Shown here: positions 1 to 12,361 of the stretch, one piece after another
Layout of the letters: the number at the start of each line of letters is the position of its first letter
How positions within the stretch are numbered: the first letter of the stretch is position 1
From: Zootoca vivipara
Lineage: Eukaryota
Assembly: GCF_963506605.1 (NCBI RefSeq)
Contig: NC_083277.1
Location: forward strand, 87,296,001 to 87,360,000
DNA length: 64,000 bases
Direction: 5' to 3'
Program-made: the position numbers and the translations under genes
The notes under the pieces: generated by a model
Told to the model about the DNA's origin: nothing
Database searches by the model: none
The model's input: the letters and a program-made list of their open reading frames with translations, nothing else

Positions 1-421
1 TCAATGTGCAGTGATGGGCTGATTAAAAAATAATTACTACTTTGCCAAGGACAAGAACATGAAGTTAATTAAAAGAATGAGGTGTAACCTTAATGAAGCT
101 CATTGGATTGTACTTTGCAGTCAGATCCCTGCCTCAAAACTTAAATTCAATTCGTCTCTTTCTTTACACATATTTGGAGATTGCACATGCAACATCCATA
201 ATCACTCCCTACTTTTTTGCCAGCATGGAAGGGCAGCAGAAGAAAATCTTGGCATGCATTGTGGACTGCTATTTTTCAGAAGAACTTAATTGAGGATACA
301 AATGTCTGCTGGCAGTTAGGGATGTCAGCAAATTCCAACAGAAATGGGAGTGGAAATTGTCAGTTTTCACTTACTCATTCCATGCCCGAAAGAGAAATCA
401 ACCCAGTGAATACAATCAGTA

Positions 422-1042
422 CCGTGTTTCCCCCTTTTTAAGACACCGTCTTATAACTTTTTTTCCTCAAAAAAACACAGGGTGGCTTACTTTCGGTGGG
501 ATGTCTTATTTTTTTATTACTGGTACGGTTTTTACGGCTCAGGGCACTGGCTCAGGGCGCTGCTGGGCTCTCTTGAGTGCTCGGCGCTGCAGCAGCCACC
601 GGTTCTGAGTGGCGGGGCTGCAGGAGTCCTTGGCCGGGCCAGGCGGAGGCCGCTGGCTCAGGCGCTCCGCCTGCCACTGCAGGGCGCTCCAAGCTCCTTG
701 GCCGGGCCAGGCAAGGAAGAAGCAGTGAGCCCAGTGGTGGCGGCAAGCATGGAAGCGGCAGGGATGACTGTGGACGAGAAGGTGGAGCGCGGGAATGCAG
801 CCAGCAAGGCGAGAGCGCGATCAGCTGTTAAGCGGAGCTCTTGGAGCGCCACTTCACAGCTGATCGCACTCCTGCAGTGCCGGCCGCATGGAGTGACTCT
901 GTGAGTGGAGGTGCCTGTGGGGGTTGGTTTCCGCAGCGCGGAAGTATGCCTTATTTTCAGGGTATGTCTTATACTTCTCAAATGCTTAAAAACTCTGCCA
1001 TGGCTTACTTTACGACTACGTATTAAAAAAGGGGAAACAGGG
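422..1042. mobile_element. Tc1/mariner-superfamily (Tc2/pogo-like) non-autonomous element with GC-rich interior
   Basis: TIRs ccgtgtttcccccttttt / aaaaaaggggaaacaggg, flanked by TA on both sides. Confidence 0.8.
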
Positions 1043-1255
1043 TATTTGCTGCTGTTGTTGCTTTCAATCCACAAACAATATGTAATTGATTATGTTTTCC
1101 CCCCCTCCTCATTTGCATTGCATTTGCATTGAAATGAAAGATATGGAATTACATAATGACAACCTGATTTATTCAATTTACAAAGTTAACACTATCAATT
1201 ATGTGAAAGACAAAAGTGATGATTTTTTGCCTGCATGGCATATGTAGCTCTGACC

Positions 1256-1345
1256 CATAGCTGCCAAGTTATCCCTTTTTTTAAGGGAAATTCCCTTATG
1301 CTGAATAGGCTTCCTCGTGAGAAAAGGGAAAACTTGGCAGCTATG
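1256..1345. mobile_element. 90-bp hAT-type MITE
   Basis: 15-bp TIR catagctgccaagtt / aacttggcagctatg; 8-bp TSD ctctgacc. Confidence 0.85.
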
Positions 1346-2359
1346 CTCTGACCTCCAGCATCTCTCCACCATTCCTCCATAACTTCACTCCTCCTCCCCG
1401 AACATCGGCTGCCTGAGGTGGCTCCCTCACTCTGCCTGATGGTAGGACCAACTTTGAATGCTTGCCACAGTTTGGCTGATAGTTCTAATAATAGCAAATT
1501 GGCTGGTTGGCTTATTCATATATTTTCCCCACCCCGAGCCCTATAGTGGAACAGGAGGGGTCTGGGTGTGCTCAAGTGATGGGGAGATCCAAGAATGTGA
1601 AACGCACAAAACCACATTACCCTGGAACAGCCTCACTGATGTCAATGGAACGATTCTAACGTAAGCTCTTAGTGACCTGCAGCCATAATGAGAGGAGACT
1701 TTGCCAGCCTTAGCCTAGCTCATTCGGTGCCGAGGTAAGAAGCAATCAAACTCTCCCACCCTCTGTCATTTTCTCCTCATCACTGGGTTCTTGGTGTCTG
1801 CTGCTCAAAGGCTGCAATGCAGCTGCTGACAGGTATCACACCCAAAGGGTCCTATCAAAGAGTCCCTCTCCAGCCTAAGCTCCCTGGCAATTATTGAGGA
1901 TAAAAGGATATCATCCCAGTTCACCACCGGGGAGCAGGTGCAGCCTTTGAATGTGTGTGGGCCCCACCCTTGGGCCTTGGGGAGATCAGATGAGGCCTCT
2001 TGCTGGAGAGGTTTGCGCAACAATAGCTGGGTTGTCCAATTAATTGACACCATCACAAAGGAGAAGAATACATTTCAATTCATCACGGGATCTATTAGGC
2101 CATAGTCACGGAGACTAGCATGGTTCTGACGGGCCTGTCATCTACAAGACAAGACAAGTATGTTGTCCTGCTGAGAGCAGTTCCCACAATTCCTCTTGCA
2201 GCACCCAGAAACCCCTGGCCGTTTAGGCCTCAGCTGCAATGGTGTGAGAGAAGGACGAGTCACTGGATGGGGTCTTGGCTTAATTGGGAAAGCATCAGGT
2301 ACCCAGCTGGCATATGTAAACCACATTTCCAATGCATGCACACTTTAGAATGTCACACT

Positions 2360-2361
<2 letters not shown>

Positions 2362-2407
<46 letters not shown>

Positions 2408-2419
2408 ACACACACACAC
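2362..2419. repeat. (CA)n microsatellite
   Basis: Direct reading. Confidence 0.95.
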
Positions 2420-3189
2420 CTTCACTGTGAGTTTCCAGGCTGAAAAATTGCCAGTGCCAACCCTGGTCTAAGCTGATGCCGAAGCAAAGCCAAGCAGTAC
2501 AAATTGGCCTCGGTGTAAAGATGCCTGGCTTGCTTGAAAGGTTCAGGAGAACAGAGAAGAGATCGATAGCACTGATTAGCAGCCCAAAGGAGTGATGGAG
2601 TGCAAAGCCAGGAAGTGTTAGTGACGGTCCTCCTATCTATTAGAGATGTTGCCAGGCTTTGAGAGCGGTAACCTCAACATGCAAATTCCCCCAACTCAAA
2701 ATGTATGGCCTCCATTTGAGTCAGATCCAGGCATGCCTCAAAATGGAGTTTACACCCCCCCCCCCGCCTCTCTGCCCAACCCCCAGTTCCAGCCCAGTCC
2801 ACAAAGCTTGGGGAAGGCAGGGGAAGAGTCGGGAAAGGGAGGCCTGCCCTTTGAGCTTTTTAAGGGTTCCTATCAGACTTTTGAAAAGAAAAGAAATAGA
2901 TTGAAGGTTTACAAGTGTTAGACAGGCTCACCCCCAAAAAGTCCAAATGGAGGAGTTATACTTACTACTTTCTGCTGATCTGCAGTTTTACTTACATGAC
3001 ATATTTAGGGTAAAACTATGTAATACACTTAACAGTTGGTATCAGGAGCTGCATCATTGTGCATCATTGGAAGGAAAAACAAGGTAGTGGTAACAATTTT
3101 TTCAGCTGTCCCATGCTGTTCCACTCTTAGTATTTCCTGTGCCAAAATAGGACCTGGACCCTTTAATCATCATGTGAGGCCCTTCTTCA

Positions 3190-3476
3190 TGTGCCTCCGC
3201 CATGAGAGGTCTGTAGCACAGGCATTTTCTGCAACGTCTCCCTGTTCGTGGAATGCTCTCCCCAGGGAGGCTCACCTGGCACCTTCATTTCATAACTTTA
3301 GGTGTCAGGCAAAAACATTCTGCTTCTACTTGGCCTTATGTAATTAAACAAATGGTGGCCTTTTAAACTGGTTTTGGGGGGGGCATTATTGGTTGGTTGG
3401 TTGGTTATTATGTTATGTATATATGTTTATGCTGTAAGAGTGGTATATAAATTTAAATAAATGATGATGATGATGA
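3190..3476 (+). mobile_element. Degenerate L2-clade LINE 3' end
   Basis: Remnant of the AFS..P..WNALP C-terminal motif, T-rich 3' UTR and (ATG)n tail. Confidence 0.55.
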
Positions 3477-6400
3477 CCTAATTTGAAATATTTGTTTTGT
3501 ATAATCCTCTCTTAAATGCTTCACAGCAATACTTGTGCAATGAAAAACAGGATAACCTATTTGCAAGTAGAATGTAAATACCGTACTTATCTACTACCGG
3601 TACCTAATGTTCATTGCACTTCCTGATCTGGGCTTTCACGTGGGCTCCTTGCCATTAGAGATCTGATCCATTGACTCTGCAGCCTCCTTAAGTGGGGTGT
3701 CTAGTATTGTGTCCATCTCAAGGTGTGTATCAGGATCTGCTGATTCCCCTTGGTCCCCCATACATACTGAGGGCAGCAATGAGATTGCCCTTCAGTAAGG
3801 AGATCTCATTAAGTTCTGGCTCCAAGTTGGTCTTGATAGAAAGATGGCAGGTTCTGACAAAATATGAAAGTACAAAATATATACACAAAGTGTACACAAA
3901 GGCATATGCACAGGTTCTTTAGGACCATCACATAGGCACCTGTAAATAATCCACAGATACATTCTCATGCATGGGTACTCTTTGAACACCTATGTACATA
4001 CTAGGCAGGCAGGCAGGCATCTGGAAATATCTGCAGATGCATGTACATAAATCTCTGTGACAAAATAAAATACACATATGATATATTTTTAAAGATCTTA
4101 TATCTTTGATAAGAATGCCAAGACAGAAAAATAATGTATTTTAAAATTAATTTTATAAAACTATTATTCAGATGTTAAGATTGATGCTGAAGTGCGTACT
4201 CAACGAGGCCAGTGAATAGTACAAATGCTTTCAGTCCTATCATGCTGGTGGTGTCATAATTACAGACCCATAATCCATAAAACAGCTGCTGATTTTAATT
4301 TAACTAGCAGGTGATTTCAAACTGCAATAATATTATCCAAGAAACTGGACATTTCATTAAACTTGCTATTTTTGGAATTCAACATACCAGGTTTTTAAAT
4401 GTTAGGTCCCATACATGCTTTTCTACAAGTTCCCTTCCAGGGCACAGACCTAATTTGCGTGGTAATATTGAGGAAAGCATTCACTTGCTTGGGATATACT
4501 TTTCTGTATGGTGCAGAATAAAAAAACAAATTGCTCTTGGGTCCTACAATTCTGTGCATGCCAACTCAGAAGTAGATTCCTCCGGCTCACACCCAGGCAA
4601 ATTGGAATAAGACTGCAGCCATATACGGCCTGTGAATTTCTGGAGCTGAGACTTTTTGAGCAGATTCTTCTGCATTTAGCCTGGCAGCCTGGGTTCTAAT
4701 GGGTTAATGGCAGCTTGGGCCTATGTGTGTAATATAAAACTCTGAGCCAATACAAATCAGTGGGATTTTTTACAAAATTCCCCAACTCGAAAACTTGCTT
4801 TTACATGTGGCAATGAAAAGAAGAAAGACTTGTGGCACCTTGAAGACGAATAAATGTAGCTACCCTTCTGGAAAATATATATAAATGGGAGTTTTATACT
4901 AAAAAATTTGCAGATTTATATGCTCCAAACCACCTAGGGACCATACATGTACAAAGCAATCTTCTGCATGTCTATTCTTGGCTAGAAGTGGGAGCCCAGC
5001 CCAATTTAGCAGCCAGAGCTCTACGAAGAAATCTGGGAACCACACTGATCAGCTTAAAATGAAGAGTGATGGACAGGATTCCATCTCTGCCCTCTCTAAC
5101 CTGGTCCTCCTTTATCACTGAACAGTTATTTAGTGACTGTTGAGATCAGAATTTGTGGATTAAACCCATAGCTTACTCATTGGGTGGATTCTTTCCTGGC
5201 TGTCCTAAGCTGATTCTCTTCAGTTGAGGTTCTGCAAAATCTATTTTTTTAAAAAAATATCACAAATTAGCACATTACAAATCAGCACATGGGAATGATT
5301 TGAATTTTTTCAAAGGCACAATAATTATCTGAAGTCAATGGATCGGCATTTTTGAATTTTGTTCTAAGCTTGGCTACAGTCACATTTTATAGGTTTGCTC
5401 TGCAAGCTCGCTCTATAAAACGAAACTGGAAGCCTTTCCATTGTACTTCAAGACTCACACTTCTAGGTTTTAACAAACCATCGACAATCTCAACTCTTTG
5501 TAACCTCGGGATAGCTTTATTGGTTTTTTAAAAAACCCAAGGTACCAATGATGGAGTGGACAAATTAAAACTTTAAAGGATTTATTTTTAATAAGTAACA
5601 AGGTAAAATACCCCTTAGCAACCAGACTGGCAGATGAAGCTGGAGCTACATTTATAAATAACTTTTTATGAAAATAATAATCCTTGAATAAGCTGCAGCC
5701 AAAAGGACTACGTCTCTGCATCCAATTTGTCTCACATTGAGGCAACTGATGTTATGATGCTGGGCCCATATATTATACAATTATGTGAATATGACTTTCA
5801 TTATCTTATTAAAGCTGGAGTTGTTATGACACAGACCATACTATCAACAGATGTTCAGTTGTGGCAGCTCTGTTGCTCCTGCAACCTTCCTTTCGGCTGG
5901 TGCTGTATTACCTCTGCTGATAAAGGCCACGCGGGGTTAAACAGGAAGGGCTTCCAGGTCCCTTGGCTTGTTACTGACTGGGCTCAGCTTTCAAGGGAAA
6001 CTGGGCTTCTGCAAGGTACTGCCAACTAATGGTTTGTTCGCTGTCAAAAATGCACCTCTTCTCATCAGCAGAAGTATAGCAAACATAAACCAGACAGGCA
6101 AGCAGGTAATCCCAGCAAGGAAAGAAAGAAGGGGGTGGTTTGATACAATCCCGATGCAAACAAGAAAATACAGCAGTCTCTAGAAAATGATCCATCTCTG
6201 TGCTTTTTGTTTTTGAACCAAAATAAAAGTTGAAAATGCATCAGTTCTCGGTCCCTAATATTCGCATGTGCCATAAACCTCCACATAATATGATAAACCT
6301 CCACAAAAGTGAAATCAACCTGATTGCCATACATGTAAGATGGTTAGGGTTATCTATTGCTAAATATCTATTGGCAAATTATCTTTGGTCATGCAAAACC

Positions 6401-7307
6401 TATCCTGACAAATCACCATTTGAAAAAATGTAAGAACAGCAAAAGAGTTCTGCTGGATCAGACTCAAGTATTTCAAGTCCATTGTTCTGTTGCTAGAATG
6501 ATAGTACTTCCAAGGGCTGGATTGCTTGCTGCACAAAAAATCAAGGTAGAAAATTACATTATTTCAGTTTGTCGGCTCTTTATGTGTTTAAAGACCCAGA
6601 CCTTGTCACATTTTTTTCTGTCTCTTCTACCGCTCAGCATATGAACCACTGATCAGTTAGCATTCATAATTTGGGGGTGAGCTGAATTTATTGGAATGGC
6701 ATAGCATTTTGGGTTGCTATTTTTTAAAAGCAACACCACCACCACACATTAACAATCTTGTGCAAAATTTAATCTGATAATTCCTGCTCTTTCTCCAAGC
6801 TTTAATTTTGCTCTATTGTGAGTCTAAGATGATATATTATTGGGGTTTGGGGGTGGCTTGTATATATATTTTATACTGAAAAGGTGGAGAAACCGTTTTA
6901 CCCAGAGGGCCACATTTCTCATGGGCAAACTTCCAGGGGGACACAGGCCAACAGTGCATGGGGCCAGAGGCAAAACCGAATAGAGCAAGCAGTGCAGCTC
7001 TTACCTTTGTACGGTAGGCACCATGGCAACCACAAAGAAGTCTAAGGTCACACCCACACCATACATCTCTCCATCCAAGCAAGCAGAAGGCATCCTTAGA
7101 GTTCAAGGACGCAGACCAAACAGACAAAAACACTCAAGCATAGCTTGGAGCAAGGCCAATGAGCAGTGTGGCCTAGGGAGGAGCAGGTGACCTGAGGAGA
7201 GTCCCAGGGGTCAGAGAGAAGGCTGCATTCATCCACCAAGCCTGAGGTTCCTCACACTTAATCTGACAGAAAAGCAGGATGTCAATATTTACATTTTAAA
7301 ATGAATA

Positions 7308-7594
7308 CAGTTGTCCCTCGGCTTACGAACTTAATCCGTTTCCAAATGGACATTCGTAGGTCGGAAAGTTTGTAAGTAAGTCGAAACGTGGTTTCCCATA
7401 GGGAAAAAAATATTCGGAAAAAATCGTAAGTCGAGGAAACCGCATGTAAAAATTCGTAAGTCGAGGAAACCGCATTTAAAACCGCCAGCGGTTTCCATTC
7501 GGAGGTAGAAAAATTCGTAAGCGTGCGGCCATTTGTCCCATTCGTAAGTCGAAAACTACGGATGTCGAGTAATTCGTAAGTCGAGGGACCACTG
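7308..7594. mobile_element. Tigger/pogo-like MITE
   Basis: TIR cagttgtccctcggcttacgaa / ttcgtaagtcgagggaccactg; TA TSD; internal ttcgtaagtcga repeats. Confidence 0.85.
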
Positions 7595-9074
7595 TACCTG
7601 TCTCTCTAGAGCCTTCTGGCTCTTCACTCTTAGTTCTGCAGAAGCCACAGGAAGCCTCAGCACCCCTAAAGGACGCCCCTCCTTTAGGCTGCCCCTTACT
7701 CCTCACTGGGTGCCCTTTCCCTCTTCCAGTCCTCCTTGCTCCCTCCCACGGTTACTCCAATGTATGGTGGTGGTGGCGGCTCTGAGATTTCTGCGACACT
7801 CCTCTCTCAGCCACCTTCGAAGCCTCTCTGACATATATTACGCTGTCTTAATTTCCTACATAAATCTGTCAACCACTTGTGAAAGTTCAGAAAAACAGCC
7901 CTTATTAATAAATGCACCGGGAGCACTTTGCAAAGTGCCTGCTGGTCAATGCGTATGAGAGGCCAAAACATGAAGTGCAAGTTTTAAGTCTGTGTTGTTC
8001 TCAGAGGTGTTGGCTTTAATTAAAAGTTCCCCTCAGAACAAACAGAGAGGTGACTTTGTGTGAACAGAACAGCCCGGTTGTCAGGTGACACCTCCATTTT
8101 GAATTCCCCTCTGAAAAACAAGCCTGCACAGCAACAACATTTGCCTCCATCTTGGCGGCAGGCATTCTTTCCCTTGGATCCATGATGCATCCCATGTGAC
8201 TTCCTGACATGCCTGGTCCCAAGAGACAATGAGCAGATTTCCTTTGCTTGGAACATTGGGTCTCCAGTTACTTCTCAGGGCTCCAACTAAGAACTTCGCA
8301 TCTTCAGACTTAGCACAGCTTTCCATGAACTGGATGTAGGCTATGATGCACCTGCATTGAAAATTTGGGCAGGGCAAAGTATAAAGAGTCCAGGAAATAA
8401 AGGTGTGCAACAATGACCCCTGCAAGTGGCAGGCAGCCTCTGGATGACCAGACTTGGTATGGACGCTAAGAGCGAGGCCTTCAGCGTTGCCCCTTCGCTG
8501 ACCGAGCAGGGCTTTCTGTTAGCTGCCCTCCAGATTCCAGCAGCAGCCGCTGGCCCAGTCACTCCCACCACCTCTCCTTTCCCTTTGCTCAGGAACAAAA
8601 CTAGGCTCTGCACATTTTTATAGAACGCACTGGGAGCCTTTTGGATAAAATACTTATTTTTGCAACGAGGCTATATTGGGGCTCATCTGGTTTCTTTTGA
8701 AGCCAATTGCTTCATGTTGGCATGTGACTATATCTGTTTTCAAAGCTGGTGATCTGGTCCAAACAGGGATAGGATAGGAAGACACCCATACCCAGCACAC
8801 ACCTCTGGTCCACAGTAGAAATAATTCAAAGGAACCAGATTCTGTTGCTGAATGTCTTCCAGACATTTGGCAACGTGACTCAGGACCTAAATTAGATCCG
8901 GTATGGATGGCGCAACTGCACAGTACTATCATGACTCATTACATTCTGACACTTCCCAGAATTGCTTTTCCTCAGCTTAGCTAGATTCAAATGTGGCTGC
9001 TGTATCTGGGGACACTGGGAACCACAGGGACAAGATTCCCCATGGCTCCCAGTGGCTCTGGACACTGCTCATCC

Positions 9075-9147
9075 ACAGAAGGCCAGCGGTTCGAATCCCT
9101 GCGATGGGGTGAGCTCCCGTTGCTTGGTCCCTGCTCCTGCCCACCTA
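9075..9147 (+). mobile_element. Sauria SINE fragment interrupted by a Tc2-like element
   Basis: cagaaggccagcggttcgaatccc...cctgcccaccta matches the intact SINE copies, then breaks off. Confidence 0.8.
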
Positions 9148-9670
9148 CCGTGTTTCCCCTTTTTTAATACGTAGTCAAAAAGTAAGGCATGGCAGGGTTT
9201 TTAATCATTTGAGAAATGTAAGACATACCCCGAAAATAAGCCATACTTCCGCGACGTGCGGAGCAAGACCACCTAGCGCCCCAGCCAGCTAGCGGGACCC
9301 AGTACGCCGGCCGCAACAGGAGGAGGAAGCCTGCCGGGTTGGGTCGGTGCCTGGAAGCGGCGGCTGCTGCTGCAGCGCCGATAAAGCGTGCAGCAGTGCC
9401 GCACGGAACACCGAGGGCACAAGCCAGCAGGACCCAGCTCCTGCAATGCCGGCTGTGGCAGGAGGAGGAAGGCTGCCAGGTCGGGTTGGCGCTCGGAAGC
9501 GGCGGCGGCTGCAGCGCTGACAAAGCGCGAAGCAGCACCGCTCTCCCTCTCTGTGTGGGTGTCAGTCTCTTTCTCTCTGTGTGTGCGCACGCGTCTCTCT
9601 CTCTCCCTGTGCGTCTTTCTCTCTCTCTCCCCCTGTGTGCGCGTCTGTCTCTCTCTGTTTGTGATCGCGT
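9148..9670. mobile_element. One-ended Tc2/pogo-like element related to 422-1042 (opposite orientation)
   Basis: First ~105 bp are the reverse complement of 938-1042; begins after TA; no second TIR found, right boundary approximate. Confidence 0.7.
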
Positions 9671-11086
9671 CTTCAGATATCCGAATTTCAGCTCCTGATC
9701 AATGGAGTTTTCCTCACTTCTGAAAGATTTAAAGGAACTAAGTTAATGCATGTTGTTACTATATAAAAAAAACTCCAGCCATTTAAAATAATTGGCTTTA
9801 GGAACCTCCAGATTATCAACATTTTGTGGAAGGGATTAAAGTACATACTAGAATTTCAGGTTTGTGAAGATAAAGAGTTCTCTGTTACCCTAGTGCAACA
9901 TATCCACTTTATAAAAGAGCTGGGCTTTTTGCAGTTAGAAAAAACGATGGGGAACTGCATTGAAAAGTGTGGAGTGAACAAATGATTTAACACCCCACAA
10001 ACAAACCAGAATGGGTGGCCATTGTTGTATAAGCCTCACTGCAAACAAATCAAAATGTTCAATAGGGACTGGATATAATCTAACCTCCATGTAAAATTAG
10101 TGTAAGCAAATCCTGCTCCCTTACTGCAATGGCAGATATTTAATGTTACATTTTCCAGCAACGACAGCTCTCACCACCAGCCATGGCAAGTCTTGTGCCC
10201 AGATCGCAGGACTTTTAGGCAGATGGTTGCTTGCACTCCTCCTTCATGTGGTCCTTCAACTGGAAATGGCAGAGATCAAGCCTCATACACAGCAAAGCAT
10301 CTACTCTGCCAATGAGCTAGGCCCCCTCCTTTGCCTTTCACAGGAAGGAAATGCCCAAAAGCACTTTTTCACTCTGTCCTGATGAGCTGGTGCAAATTAG
10401 CATGGTTCCTTTGAAAACCAAAAAGAGTTCAAAGCTTATTTCAGTTGTCTGAGAACCTGGATATCCACAGAACAACAAGAGGGTTCCTTCCATACAGCAG
10501 GATTTTTAAAAACTTATATATCAAATGGGTTCATTCCGTTTAATCAGTGAACTCTACAAATGTCCCTGAAATGTGGGTGATAATTGCAGCTTCCACGGTG
10601 TAGGAAAGAGTCACTTAGGGAAACAAAATGCATGTACTGTACTTAGCTTTTGTTTTTCATTTGTCAACACATTGGAGAATTTGTTTCCTGGCAAGCAAAG
10701 AAACAAAGCTACAGCAAAAACCACTAAGTCCTGAGTTCCTAAGTCTGTCTCTCCCAGGGCATCCTCACTGTTAAAAAGAGACCATGTCATCTTCCTCAGT
10801 CCATTTGGACAGCAACTGCCCGCCTTCTTCTAGAGGCAAGGTGTTACTCTGCTTCCAGGACAGGACGTGTAAATATGAATCTCTACTGACACCCAGTGGA
10901 AAAAATACAAACATCTTAACTGTCATGACTTTGAAAATCAAGGCTATTGCAAGGCAGGTATTATCAACCTTTCGGATGCAGGACCCAGTTTTAACCCAAA
11001 CATGTATTTAGGGACCCATTTCATAATTTTTTTACCATATATTTACATGGTGGTTGTGCTCCTGTTGCAACCCACCCTGGATCAGG

Positions 11087-12145
11087 CCATGGCCCCACTA
11101 GTGTTTCTCAACCCACCTGTTGAAGACCAATGTTTTAAAGCATTTTTTCCCCCCCTTTAAGATAGTGGTAGCTTATCTACTCACTGGTTGCCCACATCTG
11201 GTTCCAGTAAGTGCTGGAGAACATAACTCTCACAATTTCAGGTATTGTGGCAGCTGTATTTTAGTATTTTAATAGCATTACTGTATTTAGTATTTTAATA
11301 GCATTGCTATTGTCGTGTTAATGCTAAGGCAAATATTTCGTTTTATTGTCATGTTATAGCTAGATAAATAGGGACCCAGGTGGCGCTGTGGTTAACCACT
11401 GAGCCTAGGGCTTGCTGATCAGAAGGTCGGCGGTTCGAATCCCCGCGACGGGGTGAGCTCCCGTTGCTTGGTCCCAGCTCCTGCCAACCTAGCAGTTCGA
11501 AAGCACGTCAAAATGCAAGTAGATAAATAGGAACCGCTACAGCGGGAAGGTAAACGGTGTTTCCATGTGCTGCTCTGGTTTGCCAGAAGCGGCTTTGTCA
11601 TGCTGGCCACATGACCTGGAAGCTATACGCCGGCTCCCTCGGCCAATAATGCGAGATGAGCGCGCAACCCCAGAGTCGGTCACGACTGGACCTAATGGTC
11701 AGGGGTCCCTTTACCTTTACCTTTAGCTAGATGAATATGGTTATTGTTACTGAACTGCTAGGAAGTAGGGTGACTTGACAGCTGACAAAACAACAACAAC
11801 CCATGGCCCCACTAGTGTTTCTCAACCCACCTGTTGAAGACCAATGTTTTAAAGCATTTTTCCCCCCTTTAAGATAGTGGTAGCTTATCTACTCACTGGT
11901 TGCCCACATCTGGATCCAGTAAGTGCTGGAGAACGTAACTCTCACAATTTCAGGTATTGTGGCAGCTGTATTTTAGTATTTTAATAGCATTACTGTATTT
12001 AGTATTTTAATAGCATTGCTATTGTCGTGTTAATGCTAAGGCAAATATTTCGTTTTATTGTCATGTTATAGCTAGATAAATATGGTTATTGTTACTGAAC
12101 TGCTAGGAAGTAGGGTGGCTTGACAGCTGACAAAACAACAACAAC
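11087..12145. repeat. Local tandem duplication of a 345-bp unit; copy 1 carries a SINE insertion
   Basis: ccatggccccactagtg...caacaacaac is present at 11087-11800 (with the SINE) and at 11801-12145. Confidence 0.9.
11371..11723 (+). mobile_element. Full-length Sauria SINE
   Basis: tRNA-derived head (B box ggttcgaatcc), (tttacc)n tail, TSD tagctagat(a/g)aata. Confidence 0.9.
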
Positions 12146-12225
12146 CCAACACTGTGAAGTGGGGTGGATGAAGGGCAACGAAGATATTCCTCCATTAATA
12201 AAACTTATAGTACCATCTGCTAGAG

Positions 12226-12361
12226 CAGGCATCCCCAAACTTTGGCCCTCCAGATGTTTTGGACTACAATTCCCATCTTCCCTGACCACTGGTCCTGTTA
12301 GCTAGGGATCATGGGAGTTGTAGGCCAAAACATCTGGAGGGCCGCAGTTTGGGGATGCCTG
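12226..12361. mobile_element. hAT (Charlie/Buster-like) MITE
   Basis: TIR caggcatccccaaact / agtttggggatgcctg; TSD tgctagag. Confidence 0.9.

Noticed and set aside
7380-7590. Regularly spaced ttcgtaagtcga repeats resembling a CRISPR array (also 55020-55240)
   Set aside because: They are subterminal repeats inside TA-flanked Tigger-like MITEs in a eukaryotic genome.
8081-8425. ORF with faint resemblance (C..C..A...FLVG.L) to the FBXW10/CDRT1 N-terminus, a neighbour of TRIM16 in human
   Set aside because: Similarity is too weak and no F-box or WD40 exons were recognised in the window; tblastn would be needed.
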